Shown: piece after piece, positions 26,700 through 38,701 of the stretch | How the letters are laid out: the number at the start of each line of letters is the position of its first letter | How positions within the stretch are numbered: the stretch's first letter is position 1 | Assembly (NCBI RefSeq): GCF_001194135.2 | Contig: NC_068988.1 | Coordinates: 94,270,556-94,334,555, forward strand | Reading direction: 5' to 3' | From: Octopus bimaculoides | Lineage: Eukaryota | DNA length: 64,000 bases | Notes under the pieces: generated by a model | Database searches by the model: none | The model's input: the letters and a program-made list of their open reading frames with translations, nothing else | Told to the model about the DNA's origin: nothing | Position numbers and translations under genes: made by a program

Positions 26700-26850
26700 T
26701 ATTCTCTTTCTATTTCCTCTTACTCCTTTCCGTTGAAGAGCGTAGGCTCGAAACGTAAAAGACCTTCTCATGTTCCAGAGCGTCAAACTAATAAACTTGC
26801 TTCTTATTCATTTGCCTGTCTTCGTTTTTTGTTTTGCTATGAATTCCAAC
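26700..26850 (+). mobile_element. Penelope-like repeat, copy B (hammerhead-like motif at 26726-26761)
   Basis: CTTT-CCGTTGAA-GAGC-GTAG-GCTC-GAAAC-GTA-AAAG, then GAGCGTCAAACTAA..CCTGTCTTCGT shared with copy D. Confidence 0.7.
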
Positions 26851-26933
26851 TAACACTAAAATTGTTGAGTGTTTCATTGCTGGTATACTGTGTTCTATTA
26901 TTTAATTACTATGTACTATTTAATTACTATGAA

Positions 26934-27108
26934 GGCACACAAGGTCAGCAATTTAGGGGAAGGCAGTATGTCGGTATACATCCACCCCAGTATTCCACTG
27001 GTACTTATTTTATCGACCCCGAAAGGATTAAAGGCAAAGTCGACCCTGGTAGAATTTGAACACAGAGTGTAAAGACTGGCAAAACGCCGCTAAGTAATTT
27101 TCCTGACG
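26934..27108 (-). mobile_element. SINE family 1, 5'-truncated, tail type B
   Basis: Reverse complement of the central domain (GGTACTTATTTTATCGACCCCGAAAGGATTAAAGGCAAAGTCGACC) and tail. Confidence 0.9.
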
Positions 27109-27110
27109 TC

Positions 27111-27296
27111 CAAACAAGGACAGACAAACGTGATTAAGTCGATTATATCGACCCATGTGCGTTACTCGTACTTATTTAATCGACCCCGAAAGGCAAAGTC
27201 GACCTCGGCGGAATTTGAACTCAGAACGTAGCGGCAGATGAAATACCGCTAAGCTTTTCGCTCGGCGTGCTAACGTTTCTGCCAGCTCACCGCCTT
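27111..27296 (-). mobile_element. SINE family 1 head + central domain with a different tail (type C)
   Basis: Intact head and B box. After ATCGACTTAATC the element continues ACGTTTGTCTGTCCTTGTTTG instead of tail A or B. Confidence 0.85.
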
Positions 27297-28398
27297 CATG
27301 TATAAGAAATATTAATAAAGATAAGTAAAAGTATCAATAATAAATATAACTACGGAGCATCCAGCACGTATTGACTGGAGAACTTATGCCAATGAAAGAA
27401 AACTCCAACATAAATGTTCGTCTGCTCGCGCATGTCTTCAAACAGGAAATAGAAAAGAACATTGTTTTCATCAGAAGTTAACATTTTCTATATTAGCCCA
27501 GTGTTTATATCGTTAGAGGATCAAAAAGCGATAGCTTGTTGATAGTTTTTACTGAGAATCAGCTTGAGAATTGTGTGGGTTGATATTTTTTCTGAAAATG
27601 TAGCATATCTGTCGTAAATAGAAATAGCCACGAAAATATTTGGAAAGCTTACATCGTTCAAATAGTCGATGACGTTCAAATAGTGGAAGAACGTGATGGT
27701 TTTCTCAATTGGTGAGCTTTAGCTCTGTCCATTCTTATATATGGAAAGTGGATAACAATTTTAATGGACTTCACAGCTTTGAAATTCTTTTTCATTTTTT
27801 GATATTTATAAATAATTGAGATTGAGATTGATTTTGATTTGAGTCAGGTCAGTTTCAAGCTTTTCATAAACTTTACATGTTAGAAATCAAAACCTAGATG
27901 TTTATGTTTAGTTCCACGACATCTTTGGTCCAAAAGACTTTTTATTATTTTAACCGTGATCATTTCATCTTATTTAGATAGAAATGCATTATCAAATTTA
28001 TCCTTTGCTATTAAGATGACATGCTGTGAGTTGAGAGAGCTTTGGCTGGCTGCGATTGTCAAGGTGAGCAACTACGAAGTGACTCGTAGGTTGAATTATT
28101 AGAAACTAGTTTTTACTATTATTTTGTGGAAGCGACCGTATTAGCGATGACGAAAGAGTAGGTACATCAGTGTATTGTTTGCCATTACATTCTGACGTTG
28201 TTGTAAGAAGGCAGTTTTAGTTTATTAATCCATAACTATTCATACTTACAGATTAGTTTTGGTGTTGCTGTATTACGGGTGTGCATGATTTTGTATGGTC
28301 AAGAGCAAACAGATGTTTCATGTCCTGTTTTGATCATTAATGTAAAAGGAACGTACAGCACAGCGATGGTAGAACACACCGTATTAATTTTGTATATG

Positions 28399-28532
28399 AC
28401 CCGCCGGCATCAACTTTGCCTATCGTCTTTTCGAGATCGATAAAATAAAGTACTAATCAACTACGGGCTCAATGTATTCGACTTGCCCTTCCCCTCAAAA
28501 CTGTTGGTCATCTGTCAAAATAGAAAAGAATT
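28399..28532 (+). mobile_element. SINE family 1, degenerate 3' half
   Basis: CAACTTTGCCTATCGTCTTTTCGAGATCGATAAAATAAAGTAC..AATAGAAAAGAATT. Confidence 0.75.
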
Positions 28533-28725
28533 ACGGGAATGATCTAATAATATTTTTTGGGGAATTTATTTATGCACATTGGAAGGTAAGTGGCGAAGGT
28601 AAGCGAATACGAAATACTGTGATAATTAAACGTAAATATATTTGTAGGTGTGAATGTACACTAGTACGTACGTACTTTCGAACATTCATTCATACGTGGA
28701 TACGTCACACACACACAATTATTAT

Positions 28726-28774
<49 letters not shown>

Positions 28775-30599
28775 TGCAGTATATTCAAACGCACAGAGAT
28801 ACAATGCAAACATACGTAGGTGAGTACATCGACACAAATCTGACTCACTGGTCCTTCGAAAACGATATCCGAGATTCCATTTCATACATCTGAACTTTTA
28901 ACACATTGATCTATCATGGATGTGGTTGAATATTCAGTAAATGTGTGTTTCTTTACGTAATACTCAATACGAATCTGTGATCTTGTGTTACAACAAGACT
29001 GAACTTTGGTTTACATGGATTCTATTTTGCCACGTTTACTGATAAACCTTGGGTTGATCCGAGGTTATGGATAAAACACCAGCTCAAGTTTCCATCCTAT
29101 GAATCAAATCTGAAATCTAATATTTATGAAGCGAACTTTTTGGAAACGAATACCAACGTTCGCATACGTCAGGCTTTATAATTACTGAGAAATTTCAACA
29201 GCAAGAAAGCATCAGTAGTTTTCTTAATCCACAAATAAAGAATATTTATCCATTCATGCTGTACTGAGCACTCATTCTCACTGTCCGATATTAGGGTACA
29301 CACACACACAGAGATATGTATATGCACTTGTGTATGTATGTGCGTTCCTGTTATGAATTTTATAACTGCAGTTTACGTTGCGACATTAAAATGTTCAATA
29401 CATAAGCTGCCCACTGCGTCTGCTGAAAGGAAGTTTATTTGAAACCCGCTTCATACTAAATGATATGCAATGTAGAGGAGGCGGATCAAGAATTCCCAGC
29501 ACAGATGCAGAGAGAAATACAATGGTAGGCACAAGACCATCTTACAGGGACGAATAACCAATGGAATCGATCCCACAACGTTAAGTTCATCGTTTCTTCA
29601 CATTTAGATGAATAATTAGCAGGACTATTCCCAGAGAGTTTTGAACTCAGAAGACAATATCTGCGGGAAATTAAAGGTGATATACATAAATATGACACTC
29701 AGTGCTGATCACATGCACCAAAACTTTTATACTTTACGCGTTGAAGAAATCTCAAATCACAGTTATCTTGTCTTTCTTAAGGGAATTTCTTAGCAGAGAA
29801 ATTGAGATGATCTCAATTGAGAATTGAAACAGCGTCAAGTATTTGTTTCGCCGTGGGCTTGCATCTTTTTCTTTGAGTCTTCTACTATAGAACGACGGGT
29901 TATTGCATGTAACACAGTCTTCTACAACACAAATGAAGAAATTTATCAAACAATAACTGTTTGGCTTCATCATCTGCAATGATAATTAACAGAATTCTAA
30001 TTAACCAACATTTTCACTTTGTTTTCATCTCTTTTAATATTTCTTTCTTTCGTGACATTATCCTTTATGTCTAACATCCTATTATTCCTCCAGGAAATAG
30101 AAATAGTTAAGATGCATGTTTCATCTCATTTTATGTTCTTTAATGACAATAATATAACTTTTCTTTTATTTTATGCATTGTTATATCGTTACTGCTAACG
30201 CTGACTGTTGCTATTTCAACTGCTTTATGTGGACTCTAGTATATGTACATCTGATGACCAACAATTATTGTATTTCAGTGAACATCTATCGAAATGTTTC
30301 GCCCAGCATCTATTTGTCTTAATGATATCAGCTAATGGTACGATGATGCAACAGTTGCAATTGGTCAGTTCACATATTGATTGTTGAAATCTTCCTTTTC
30401 AATCGATTTCAATAAATTTATCAGTGAATCACTATATAACTTTTGTGTGGCTACTACTTCCATATCTCTTTTGCCAGAGAAAACGAGAAACAATATCCCA
30501 AATATATTCGTATGTAAGTAATTCTTAATCCTTAACATGATCGTGATACTGCTAGAGACAAGGGTCAGGGTAAATGCGGGTACTTTGAAATACGTTTTA

Positions 30600-30925
30600 G
30601 GCAGGTATAAAAGCTTGTTCCATGGATCATCCAAATTCGATCATAATTTCTCCTTGCACAACTATAAAGTAAGTTTGTCTCACAGATACCGTTAGTGGAT
30701 TTTCACAACATTTCGCTCCGTTAGAATTTTCGGGAAGTTATCCCAGTAGGCATTGAAGAATGCTCTACCCAATAAACAATGTTCATCAAACAGTTCTACA
30801 AAGTGTAATGTTGGTCTCTAACTGGGTGTTTCCAGAAGCGTCAAGAAATCTAGTCTCCCTGTCACCCTGTAGATCAAAACTCCAACTAGTTCTAATAGAG
30901 ATCTTGTCGGTTTTTTCATCATTTT
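30600..30925 (-). mobile_element. Possible hAT-like transposase relic
   Basis: With a frameshift and stops: DEKTD.IS / ELVGVLIY..LDFLTLLE..LFDEHCL..AYWDNFPKILTERNVV. Loosely follows the DE.TD.S..QL.V..RY..FL.L.E..L.E..L..SDN..M.G..N.V spacing of hAT DDE domains. Confidence 0.3.
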
Positions 30926-31031
30926 TTAAACAAAACTCCGAATTTTATTGCTATTGTTGTTATCTAATCCAATCGTAATTGAGCGTTCATGAATTCACAA
31001 TATTATATCTATGGTCATCCGGTATGTTAGG

Positions 31032-31143
31032 ATTTCTTTTTACTAAAGACACGAGGCCTGAAATTTTGTGGTGAGGGGACTAGTCGATTACATCGGTCTC
31101 AGTGTTTCACTGGAACTTAATTTATCCAACCCGAAAGTTATGA
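31032..31143 (-). mobile_element. SINE family 1 3' fragment, tail type A
   Basis: ACACGAGGCCTGAAATTTTG..TAGTCGATTACATCG..ACTGGAACTTAATTTATCCAACCCGAAAG; ends at the microsatellite. Confidence 0.8.
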
Positions 31144-31146
31144 ACT

Positions 31147-31210
<64 letters not shown>

Positions 31211-31228
31211 CACCGGTGGTGGTAGTAG
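31147..31228. repeat. (CAG)n-(TAG)n compound microsatellite
   Basis: Read directly. Confidence 0.95.
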
Positions 31229-31507
31229 GAGAACATTTTAGATGATGATAGAGAAGAAAATCAAGTGGAATCCATTGGTGAAGATGTCTGGCGAAAGGAG
31301 AGTGTGGAACAATGATACTGGCAATGAAGACGGAAAATGGTAAATGATAGAAGTGTAACAAGAGAAAATATGCAAGAATTGATGGAGAAATATTGAGGAG
31401 AAGGGAAAGAACACGTACTTTTTATTTTGAATTGAAATAAAAACTGAACTAAACAAGGTCCCAAATGAAGGAGGAGAATTAGCTCATCCATTGATTTTGA
31501 TCTTCAT

Positions 31508-31509
<2 letters not shown>

Positions 31510-31553
<44 letters not shown>
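31510..31553. repeat. Poly(T)44
   Basis: Homopolymer. Confidence 0.98.
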
Positions 31554-31555
<2 letters not shown>

Positions 31556-33153
31556 TTATTAAGGGCTTCCTTGAGCAATTTATTCCAGCCAGCTTCCGGG
31601 TGACATGATGATAAATTAGTCTTCTAATTCCGAAAAGTACAAATATCATAACGGATATTATTAATCTTCAGCTCTCCTAATTCCTCTTGGATTAATTAAT
31701 AGGTCTCAGTTGTTGACTTAATTTGGTTGCTGTTCAGACATGCTAATTACAGTTGCTATTCGATAAAGAAACCAAATAATGAACGTAGTGCTCGTGTTAC
31801 TTATTTCTAATCCGCTGATGCGAAACCAATGTCAGAATAATCAGGTATCTTTTTTAGAAATCAACTTTAATTTGATCGATTTCAGTGTTTGGGCCACGGC
31901 AAGCCTGAATGATCAGTTCACCTTGTAGCCTTACTATTTCTTACTTCAGTTTTTTTTCTTTTTAAATATATTTGTTATTACTCTCAGTATTATAATTTCC
32001 TTTCAGATTTTCTTGTTTCCTAACAAAAACCTTCTGTTAGTTGTGAGCTTTCCCTTCTGAAACATTCTTAGATTTAATTTTATTCTATTCTTCGACTCAT
32101 TTTCTCTTATAAAATATTTCATTACAGTATCCCACTCTACTTTCCTTCTTTAGTCTCCTCTTCATCTACTTTCATTCTATCTCTATGTATGTATCTCTAT
32201 AACTTTCTCATTATATCAAGTCCTCTGGAGTTTTCTCTTTCATTCCCCTTTTTCTTCGTCACGTAATTAACTCTCTTTTTCTCTCTTCCTGTTTCTTTAT
32301 CTTTATTTGTCTGTCTATCTATTTGCCTATGTGCCTTTCTGTTTGTCTGTCGGTCAGTCTGTCACTATCTCTCTCCCCTCTCTCTCCCCTCTCTCTCCCC
32401 TTTCTCTCTCCTCTGTCTCTCTCTGTCTCTCTCTGTCTCTCTCTCTCTCTCTCTCTCCTTCTCTTACTAATTTCTCTTTATATTCTTTCTCTCTATAGTC
32501 ATTCTTTACTTCTTCCTGGCATTGATAACTTATCTAAAATAAGACTTCAGCAAAATCTAAACCTAAATTGTCAAACTGCTATGATTTCTGTCACGTTACT
32601 AGGGCAAATTCATTTAGCAAGCCCAGCGGCATTATTGCTCAAACTAGGAATGACGCCGCCTGATTCAAAATCTCACCATTTGAGGCCAGCGATAAATGCT
32701 TGGAATACTAAATATATGAGCCACATTTGTGCGTCTACCGGGATTAGCAGTTCATGTTTCGCCTCCATTCAGAGCGCAGCATTCGAAATGGAATTCCAAA
32801 CAATGAACAGGTACCCTCGGCGGCTGAATTTTGCGTAGGCAGATATAAATGAAATGAGCTTCGAGTTACTTAATTGGCTAACATTTAGCAGTCACCATTC
32901 CCAAATGAATGTGACAAATTCGAAATGGATATCAGAATGAATTTCCCATTGTTATTTTTGTGTGAAATTTTATCATCAGAACAATTTGATATATAAACTT
33001 TCACTGGATAAGAGAACCATCAGAAGCACAAGATTTACTTATTCCTGACTAAACTTCATTATTTTGTATATTTTACCCTAAAACATTTTTGGAAAGAGAT
33101 TTTAAACTACAGGACATAAAATAATGTAACTTGAATTTGATGACTATTCTGCC

Positions 33154-33371
33154 GGCGGCGAGCTGTCAGAATCGTTAGCAGGTCGGGCAGAATGATTACC
33201 GTCATTTAGTCCGTCTTTACGTTTTGAGTTCAAATTCCACCGAGGTTGATTTTTTTTCTTTCACCCTTTCGGGGTCGATAAAATAAGTACCAGTGATACA
33301 TTGGAGTCGATAAAATCGACTTACCTCCCTTCCATGAGCTTGCTGGTTTTGTGCTAAAATTTGAACCCAAT
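33154..33371 (+). mobile_element. SINE family 1, full length, tail type B
   Basis: GGCGGCGAGCTGTCAGAATCGTTAGC head, GAGTTCAAATTCC B box, central domain, and TTGTGCTAAAATTTGAACCCAAT tail. Confidence 0.92.
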
Positions 33372-34660
33372 GTTATAACGATTCTTTTTTTTTTACCGAT
33401 TTCTCTATCAGGTGATATTTTTAGCAAGGATAAGAAGTGCAAATTGTTTCAGAGAAATCGACTTGTAGTCGTTGATAATGTAACAGTAATCCGAACCAAC
33501 TTAATTGGAGGTTATTGGTGGTTTGCATTCTATAAGCATGACGGCATGAAAAATTAATTTTTCTGCATCAATGTTGATATTAAATAGAGTATAAATAGGA
33601 AGATGCGGATGTAAACTCAATGAATGGCAAATAATCACCATCTTCTAGGAGTGAAATTTTTGAAAAGTATTACCAAGCGATGCGAGTTCGGGTTTCACTT
33701 AAAATAGCTAAATTTGTTTTTTTGTTGATTGGGTTCTTAATTCCAGTTCCCCTTGTTTACATTCAATCTAAGGAAATGCAGTAAAGGAGATAATATATAG
33801 ATTTGGAAAGATATATGCTAGTGTAATATGCAGCTGATGCGGCGTAATGGAACACTGCTAACAAATCTGCCTGATACATAATTAAATTAAGAATATTCTC
33901 AAATATCGTTTTATCTGTTTAGGTTACAGTTACAAGTCTGTAATGTGATGGTATCAATTTACCTAATTAATACTATGGTAAGGTAAAGTTTATGGAAACT
34001 AGTTCTACTGTATCGTTTATAATTTTGCAAACCAAATCAAGTAGCTGTAGAAGATTGACTTTCATTGGTGACAGTTTAGTATGATTGTTACTGAGGTCGG
34101 CTGATGTATTTCTGTATCTCAAGAGAGATAAATTAGTGTTTTGCCAGAAATAAATGACCTTATGCTTCTCGTCTCTCGAGTAAAAATTAAGTTTTCGTGA
34201 GTGAAAAGTTTCCATGCTTAAATGTCACACGATTTCGAATTATCAGATGATTCGTTTAAATCTGTTGACTATGGCTTTCTATGAGGCACAGGAGAGAGTT
34301 GCTTAGTTCCATCGCTTCTAATTTGTCAATAAATCAACCTGTAAAAAGAAAAGTATCAGATATGTTTATATATCATCAAGTAATATCAAAATTTCATGAT
34401 TAAAAAATTTTTTTAAATGTTAATCGAATGAGAGAGAAAGAAAGTAGATGTTCCTATTCACATCATAAAAGTAACATCTTTCTCATTTCTCTGTTTACTT
34501 TATCGACGCGTACACTAACAAAACAACACTTCCGGAAATAATACGAAAGGTCAAGGTTATAAGACAAATATTACAATTGTTTCTTTTCATAAAGGCGTTA
34601 GACGAAAATGATGCCATATTCTAAAAGCTGCAAGTCTTTTTGTCAGACACTGCAGATCCT

Positions 34661-34701
<41 letters not shown>

Positions 34702-35224
34702 NNNNNNNNNNNNNNNNNNNNNNNNNNNNNNNNNNNNNNNNNNNNNNNNNNNNNNNNNNNNNNNNNNNNNNNNNNNNNNNNNNNNNNNNNNNNNNNNNNN
34801 NNNNNNNNNNNNNNNNNNNNNNNNNNNNNNNNNNNNNNNNNNNNNNNNNNNNNNNNNNNNNNNNNNNNNNNNNNNNNNNNNNNNNNNNNNNNNNNNNNNN
34901 NNNNNNNNNNNNNNNNNNNNNNNNNNNNNNNNNNNNNNNNNNNNNNNNNNNNNNNNNNNNNNNNNNNNNNNNNNNNNNNNNNNNNNNNNNNNNNNNNNNN
35001 NNNNNNNNNNNNNNNNNNNNNNNNNNNNNNNNNNNNNNNNNNNNNNNNNNNNNATATATATATATATATATATACATACATACATAAACATATTCATTAA
35101 AAAGACAAGTAATTTTTTTAAAGAGAACTGTGTTTATACTGTATGCATGAGATTTCTCAGACGTATCTAAACAAAACTTTTGCTAACACTTTATATTTCA
35201 TGTTTAATTATTAATCGATTTGTT

Positions 35225-35410
35225 AGGCGGCGAGCTGGCAGAATCGTTAGCACGCCGGCTCAAATGCTTAGCGGTATTTCGTCTGTCTTTATGTTCTGAG
35301 TTCAAATCCCTTCGGCGTCGATAAATTAAGTACCAGTTGCGTACTGAGGTCGATTTAATCGATTCTCCACCACCCAAATTTCAGGTCTTGCGCCTATAGT
35401 AGAAAGGATT
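35225..35410 (+). mobile_element. SINE family 1, tail type A, ~28-bp internal deletion
   Basis: Well-preserved head; the B box is joined directly to TTCGGCGTCGATAAATTAAGTACC. Confidence 0.92.
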
Positions 35411-35846
35411 GTTTATCTAGTTATAAAATACATAAAAACCATTTTTCCATTTTCCTTGGCCTACATTATCCATAGCGTTTTTAGCAATAACTATCAAAAC
35501 CCTGTCCTGGTACCTAGTTTATACTTCAATCCGGTTTACTAAGTGAGAGAGTACAGTTTTATATTTAAGAGATGAGGAATAATAATAATAATAATAATAA
35601 TAATAACGCGCTAGACTGTCATTATGTACCCATACAAAGAACGGCCCCACGTGGACTATGTTGACACCAGTAAGAAACAATTACGAACTTTTCTTTTGAT
35701 TACGTTATTTTAAATATGTACAAAGATGTAGAGGTGGAATCTTGATATTCAGTATTGAAATAATTCTGATGAGGTGTGCGGACTATACCGAACTAGCAAG
35801 GTGTCTCAATTCAAGTACCTAATCCAACTGTATGTTAATTATATTT

Positions 35847-35897
<51 letters not shown>

Positions 35898-35917
35898 NNN
35901 NNNNNNNTTATAGATAC

Positions 35918-35957
<40 letters not shown>

Positions 35958-36789
35958 GAAGGTAGGAAAAGCAGATGAGTTATTGAATTACTCGATATGT
36001 GTGTGTGTGTGTGTGTGTATGAGTGTGAGGGTGTTTGTGTGTGTGTCGGCGTATATGTAGATGTTTACTGGAGCAAGGAAATAGTTCCATGAATAGAAAG
36101 GGTGAAACTGAAAGACTGATTCAAAGGAAAGCGGGAAAGAGGAAAGAAGGAGATGCAGATAGATAGAAACCACATATTCACAATCATGTACAAACATATA
36201 CATATATAGATGCTAGAGAGCGTAACAGAGATGAAGATATGCATGCCAAATGGTATATACAGGATGTGCAGACGGAGAGAAGTTCGTGGTTCTGCACACA
36301 TACCTACATGCATACATACATACATACATACATACATACGTACATACATACATACATACGTACATGTATTCACATATATGTGTGTGCGTGTGTGTGTGAG
36401 TGTGCATGTGTATATATATATGCATGTATGTATATATGTATATATACATATATGTATACACACACACACACACATACACACACAAAGTTAGTAAGATAGA
36501 TAGAGAGATAAAAAGGAAATGGGTAGTGGATATTCAAACACGATTTGTCATAAAAAATATGAAAATATTTCGAAATTTAAGAATATGAATAAAAAAAATG
36601 GAGGATAATTCAGTTATATTCCATAATGGCTTGAGATGAGTTTGCATCACTGAAAGAAATGCATTATAGAAAGAAGGAAGCAAAATTAATAGGAAAATAT
36701 ATCCACACATATACACTGAGTGCCCCTGCAAACGTATGATTATGTGTATAAAATACAAAACAAAAATACCTCAGTATCGATATTATATG

Positions 36790-36910
36790 CTACGTCACGT
36801 AGGAGAAAATGCGCAAGCGTGAGCAAGGCAGCCAATCACATTCCGACATACACGAGTAGCTAAACATATAAATACACACAACACTATAAGCGTAAAGTAC
36901 TTATTCACGT
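36790..36910 (+). promoter_or_regulatory. Candidate RNA Pol II core/proximal promoter (CRE-like, NRF1-like, CCAAT, TATA)
   Basis: TACGTCACGTA 36791-36801; TGCGCAAGCGTG 36810-36821 (9/12 to NRF1 consensus); GCCAATCA 36831-36838; TATAAATA 36867-36874. Order and spacing predict a TSS near 36897-36905. Confidence 0.5.
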
Positions 36911-37444
36911 CTGAACTGCAGTCAAGTTCAGTGAAATGTATTCGTTAAGTCAGATCCGATTGTGTGCACGTTGCGCTATTGCTGGCTTACAAATAAGATG
37001 TACGCTCCAGTTCGACACATGCACAAATCTTTACACACATATACGTTGTCATAAATAGATGAGTAATGTTTATTTTGAAAATTGCTTCTCTGTAGGGGTG
37101 ATGCGAAGTGCGAAGTACACACAATTTGTCGTGAAATTTATTCCTGGTCATGAAGCCAGCGAGATTTGCTCGCTTGGTCTCCTATTCTTCGCCGACGAAA
37201 ATCCCAACCCATGCCATCTCCAAACAGACGCTTTGAAAATAACGCTGTATCTTGGACTGCTAAAGTTAAGTTCAATATATGATGCTCTTTGGATCACTAA
37301 TGGCTATTATTTCCTATTTCCTAGTCAAATCCTCTCTCTCCTCATGTGTGTGTGTGTGTGTGTGTGTGTGTCTTCCTCTTGCTTGCTCTCTCTCTCTCTC
37401 CCTCTCTCTCTCTCTCTCTCCGTCTCTCTCTCTCNNNNNNNNNN

Positions 37445-37515
<71 letters not shown>

Positions 37516-37719
37516 ACCATTGTGTGCAAGTGTGTGCATTGAGTCTCTTTGTTTGCCACTGTTTATCATTGATAATTAATTTCACTGCCTGACGTATTTG
37601 AATTTGTGTCAGCCAGATTTTACATTGTTTTCATTTACTTCTGTTCAGTCCACTCAGGTCTTCATTAATGAATTCTGACCTTATTAAAATGTACACACAC
37701 ACACACGCACACTCACACA

Positions 37720-37761
<42 letters not shown>

Positions 37762-38063
37762 CGCGCTTGCTTCACCATAGCAGACACAAGATATTATTGT
37801 GACATATCATTTTCATATATTCACAAATTTAAGTCATTAAGCATTTTAAAGTATTTTCACATTGTTGTTTCACAAGTAATATTTTCAGACTTTTTCCACC
37901 CCGTCAACTCAGTCAAATCCACCCCCCGCTCTATTTATAAGTCAACTGTGAAATTTGTCTTGTTTTTTCATATCAGCTTATAAAAGAAAGTTAACAATTG
38001 CAACGTGAACTTATACGTGAAGTAATGAAACCTTCAACTAAAGCAGCTGACAAAGTTTTACAG

Positions 38064-38210
38064 TCAACAAATCTGTTGAAATTGTCGTCGTTCGTTTTCA
38101 ATACACAAGTTGACTCTTCTACACATGTTTTGAAATACATCTTCGAGAGTCTGACTCTTGGAGAGACAGGATGAAAAGAATCACTGCGTAGAGACTTTTT
38201 GAATACCCTG
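38064..38210 (-). mobile_element. Tc1/mariner-superfamily deletion derivative: left TIR joined to transposase C-terminus
   Basis: Minus strand TA-CAGGGTATTCAAAAAGTCTCT start (TA at 38211-12). 38162-38064 encodes SKSQTLEDVFQNMCRRVNLCIENERRQFQQIC*, matching the ..L..VF.N..RR...CI...G..F..L terminus of Tc1/mariner-type transposases. The second TIR was not found. Confidence 0.7.
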
Positions 38211-38268
38211 TACATATATAGATATAACGAAACAACTTTCCAAACGAGTTTTAACATCTTCATGGTAC

Positions 38269-38659
38269 ACTCTTTTACTCCTTTACTTGTTTCAGTCATT
38301 TGACTGCAGCCATGCTGGAGCACCACCATTAGTCGAACAAATCAACCCCAGGGCTTATTCTTTGTAAGCCTAATACTTATTCTATCGGTCTCTTTTGCCG
38401 AACCGTAAAGTTACGGGGACGAGAACATCGGTTGTCAAGCGATGTTGGGGGACAAACACAGACACAAAAACATATATATATACATATATATATACATATA
38501 CACGATGGGTTTCTTTCAGTTTCCGTCTATAAAATCCACTCACAAGGCTTTGGTCGGCCCGAGGCTATAGTAGAAGACACTTGCCCAATGTGCCAGTGGG
38601 ACTGAACCCGGAACCATGTGGTTGGGAAGCAAGCTTCTTACACCTATAGCCACTCCTAC
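38269..38659 (-). mobile_element. SINE family 2 (octopus OR-like CORE-SINE), full length
   Basis: tRNA-like head GTAGGAGTGGCT..CCGGGTTCAGTCCC, CORE-like TTGGGCAAGTGTCTTCT, internal TA/CA tract, and tail GGTGGTGCTCCAGCATGGCTGCAGTCAAATGACTGAAACAAG plus (AGTAAAAG) repeats. The OR assignment is from memory. Confidence 0.92.
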
Positions 38660-38701
38660 GTCTAAAGTTTTTTTCAAAAGGTGCAGATCCTTATATATTG
38701 T

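Noticed and set aside
30864-30875. ACCCTGTAGATC, matching part of miR-10
   Set aside because: Only 12 nt; the sequence diverges afterwards and there is no hairpin partner.
35762-35815. CTGATGA-GGTGT..ATACC-GAAC hammerhead-like string
   Set aside because: The GAAA box is GAAC and helix III cannot form; expected by chance given the frequency of CTGANGA.
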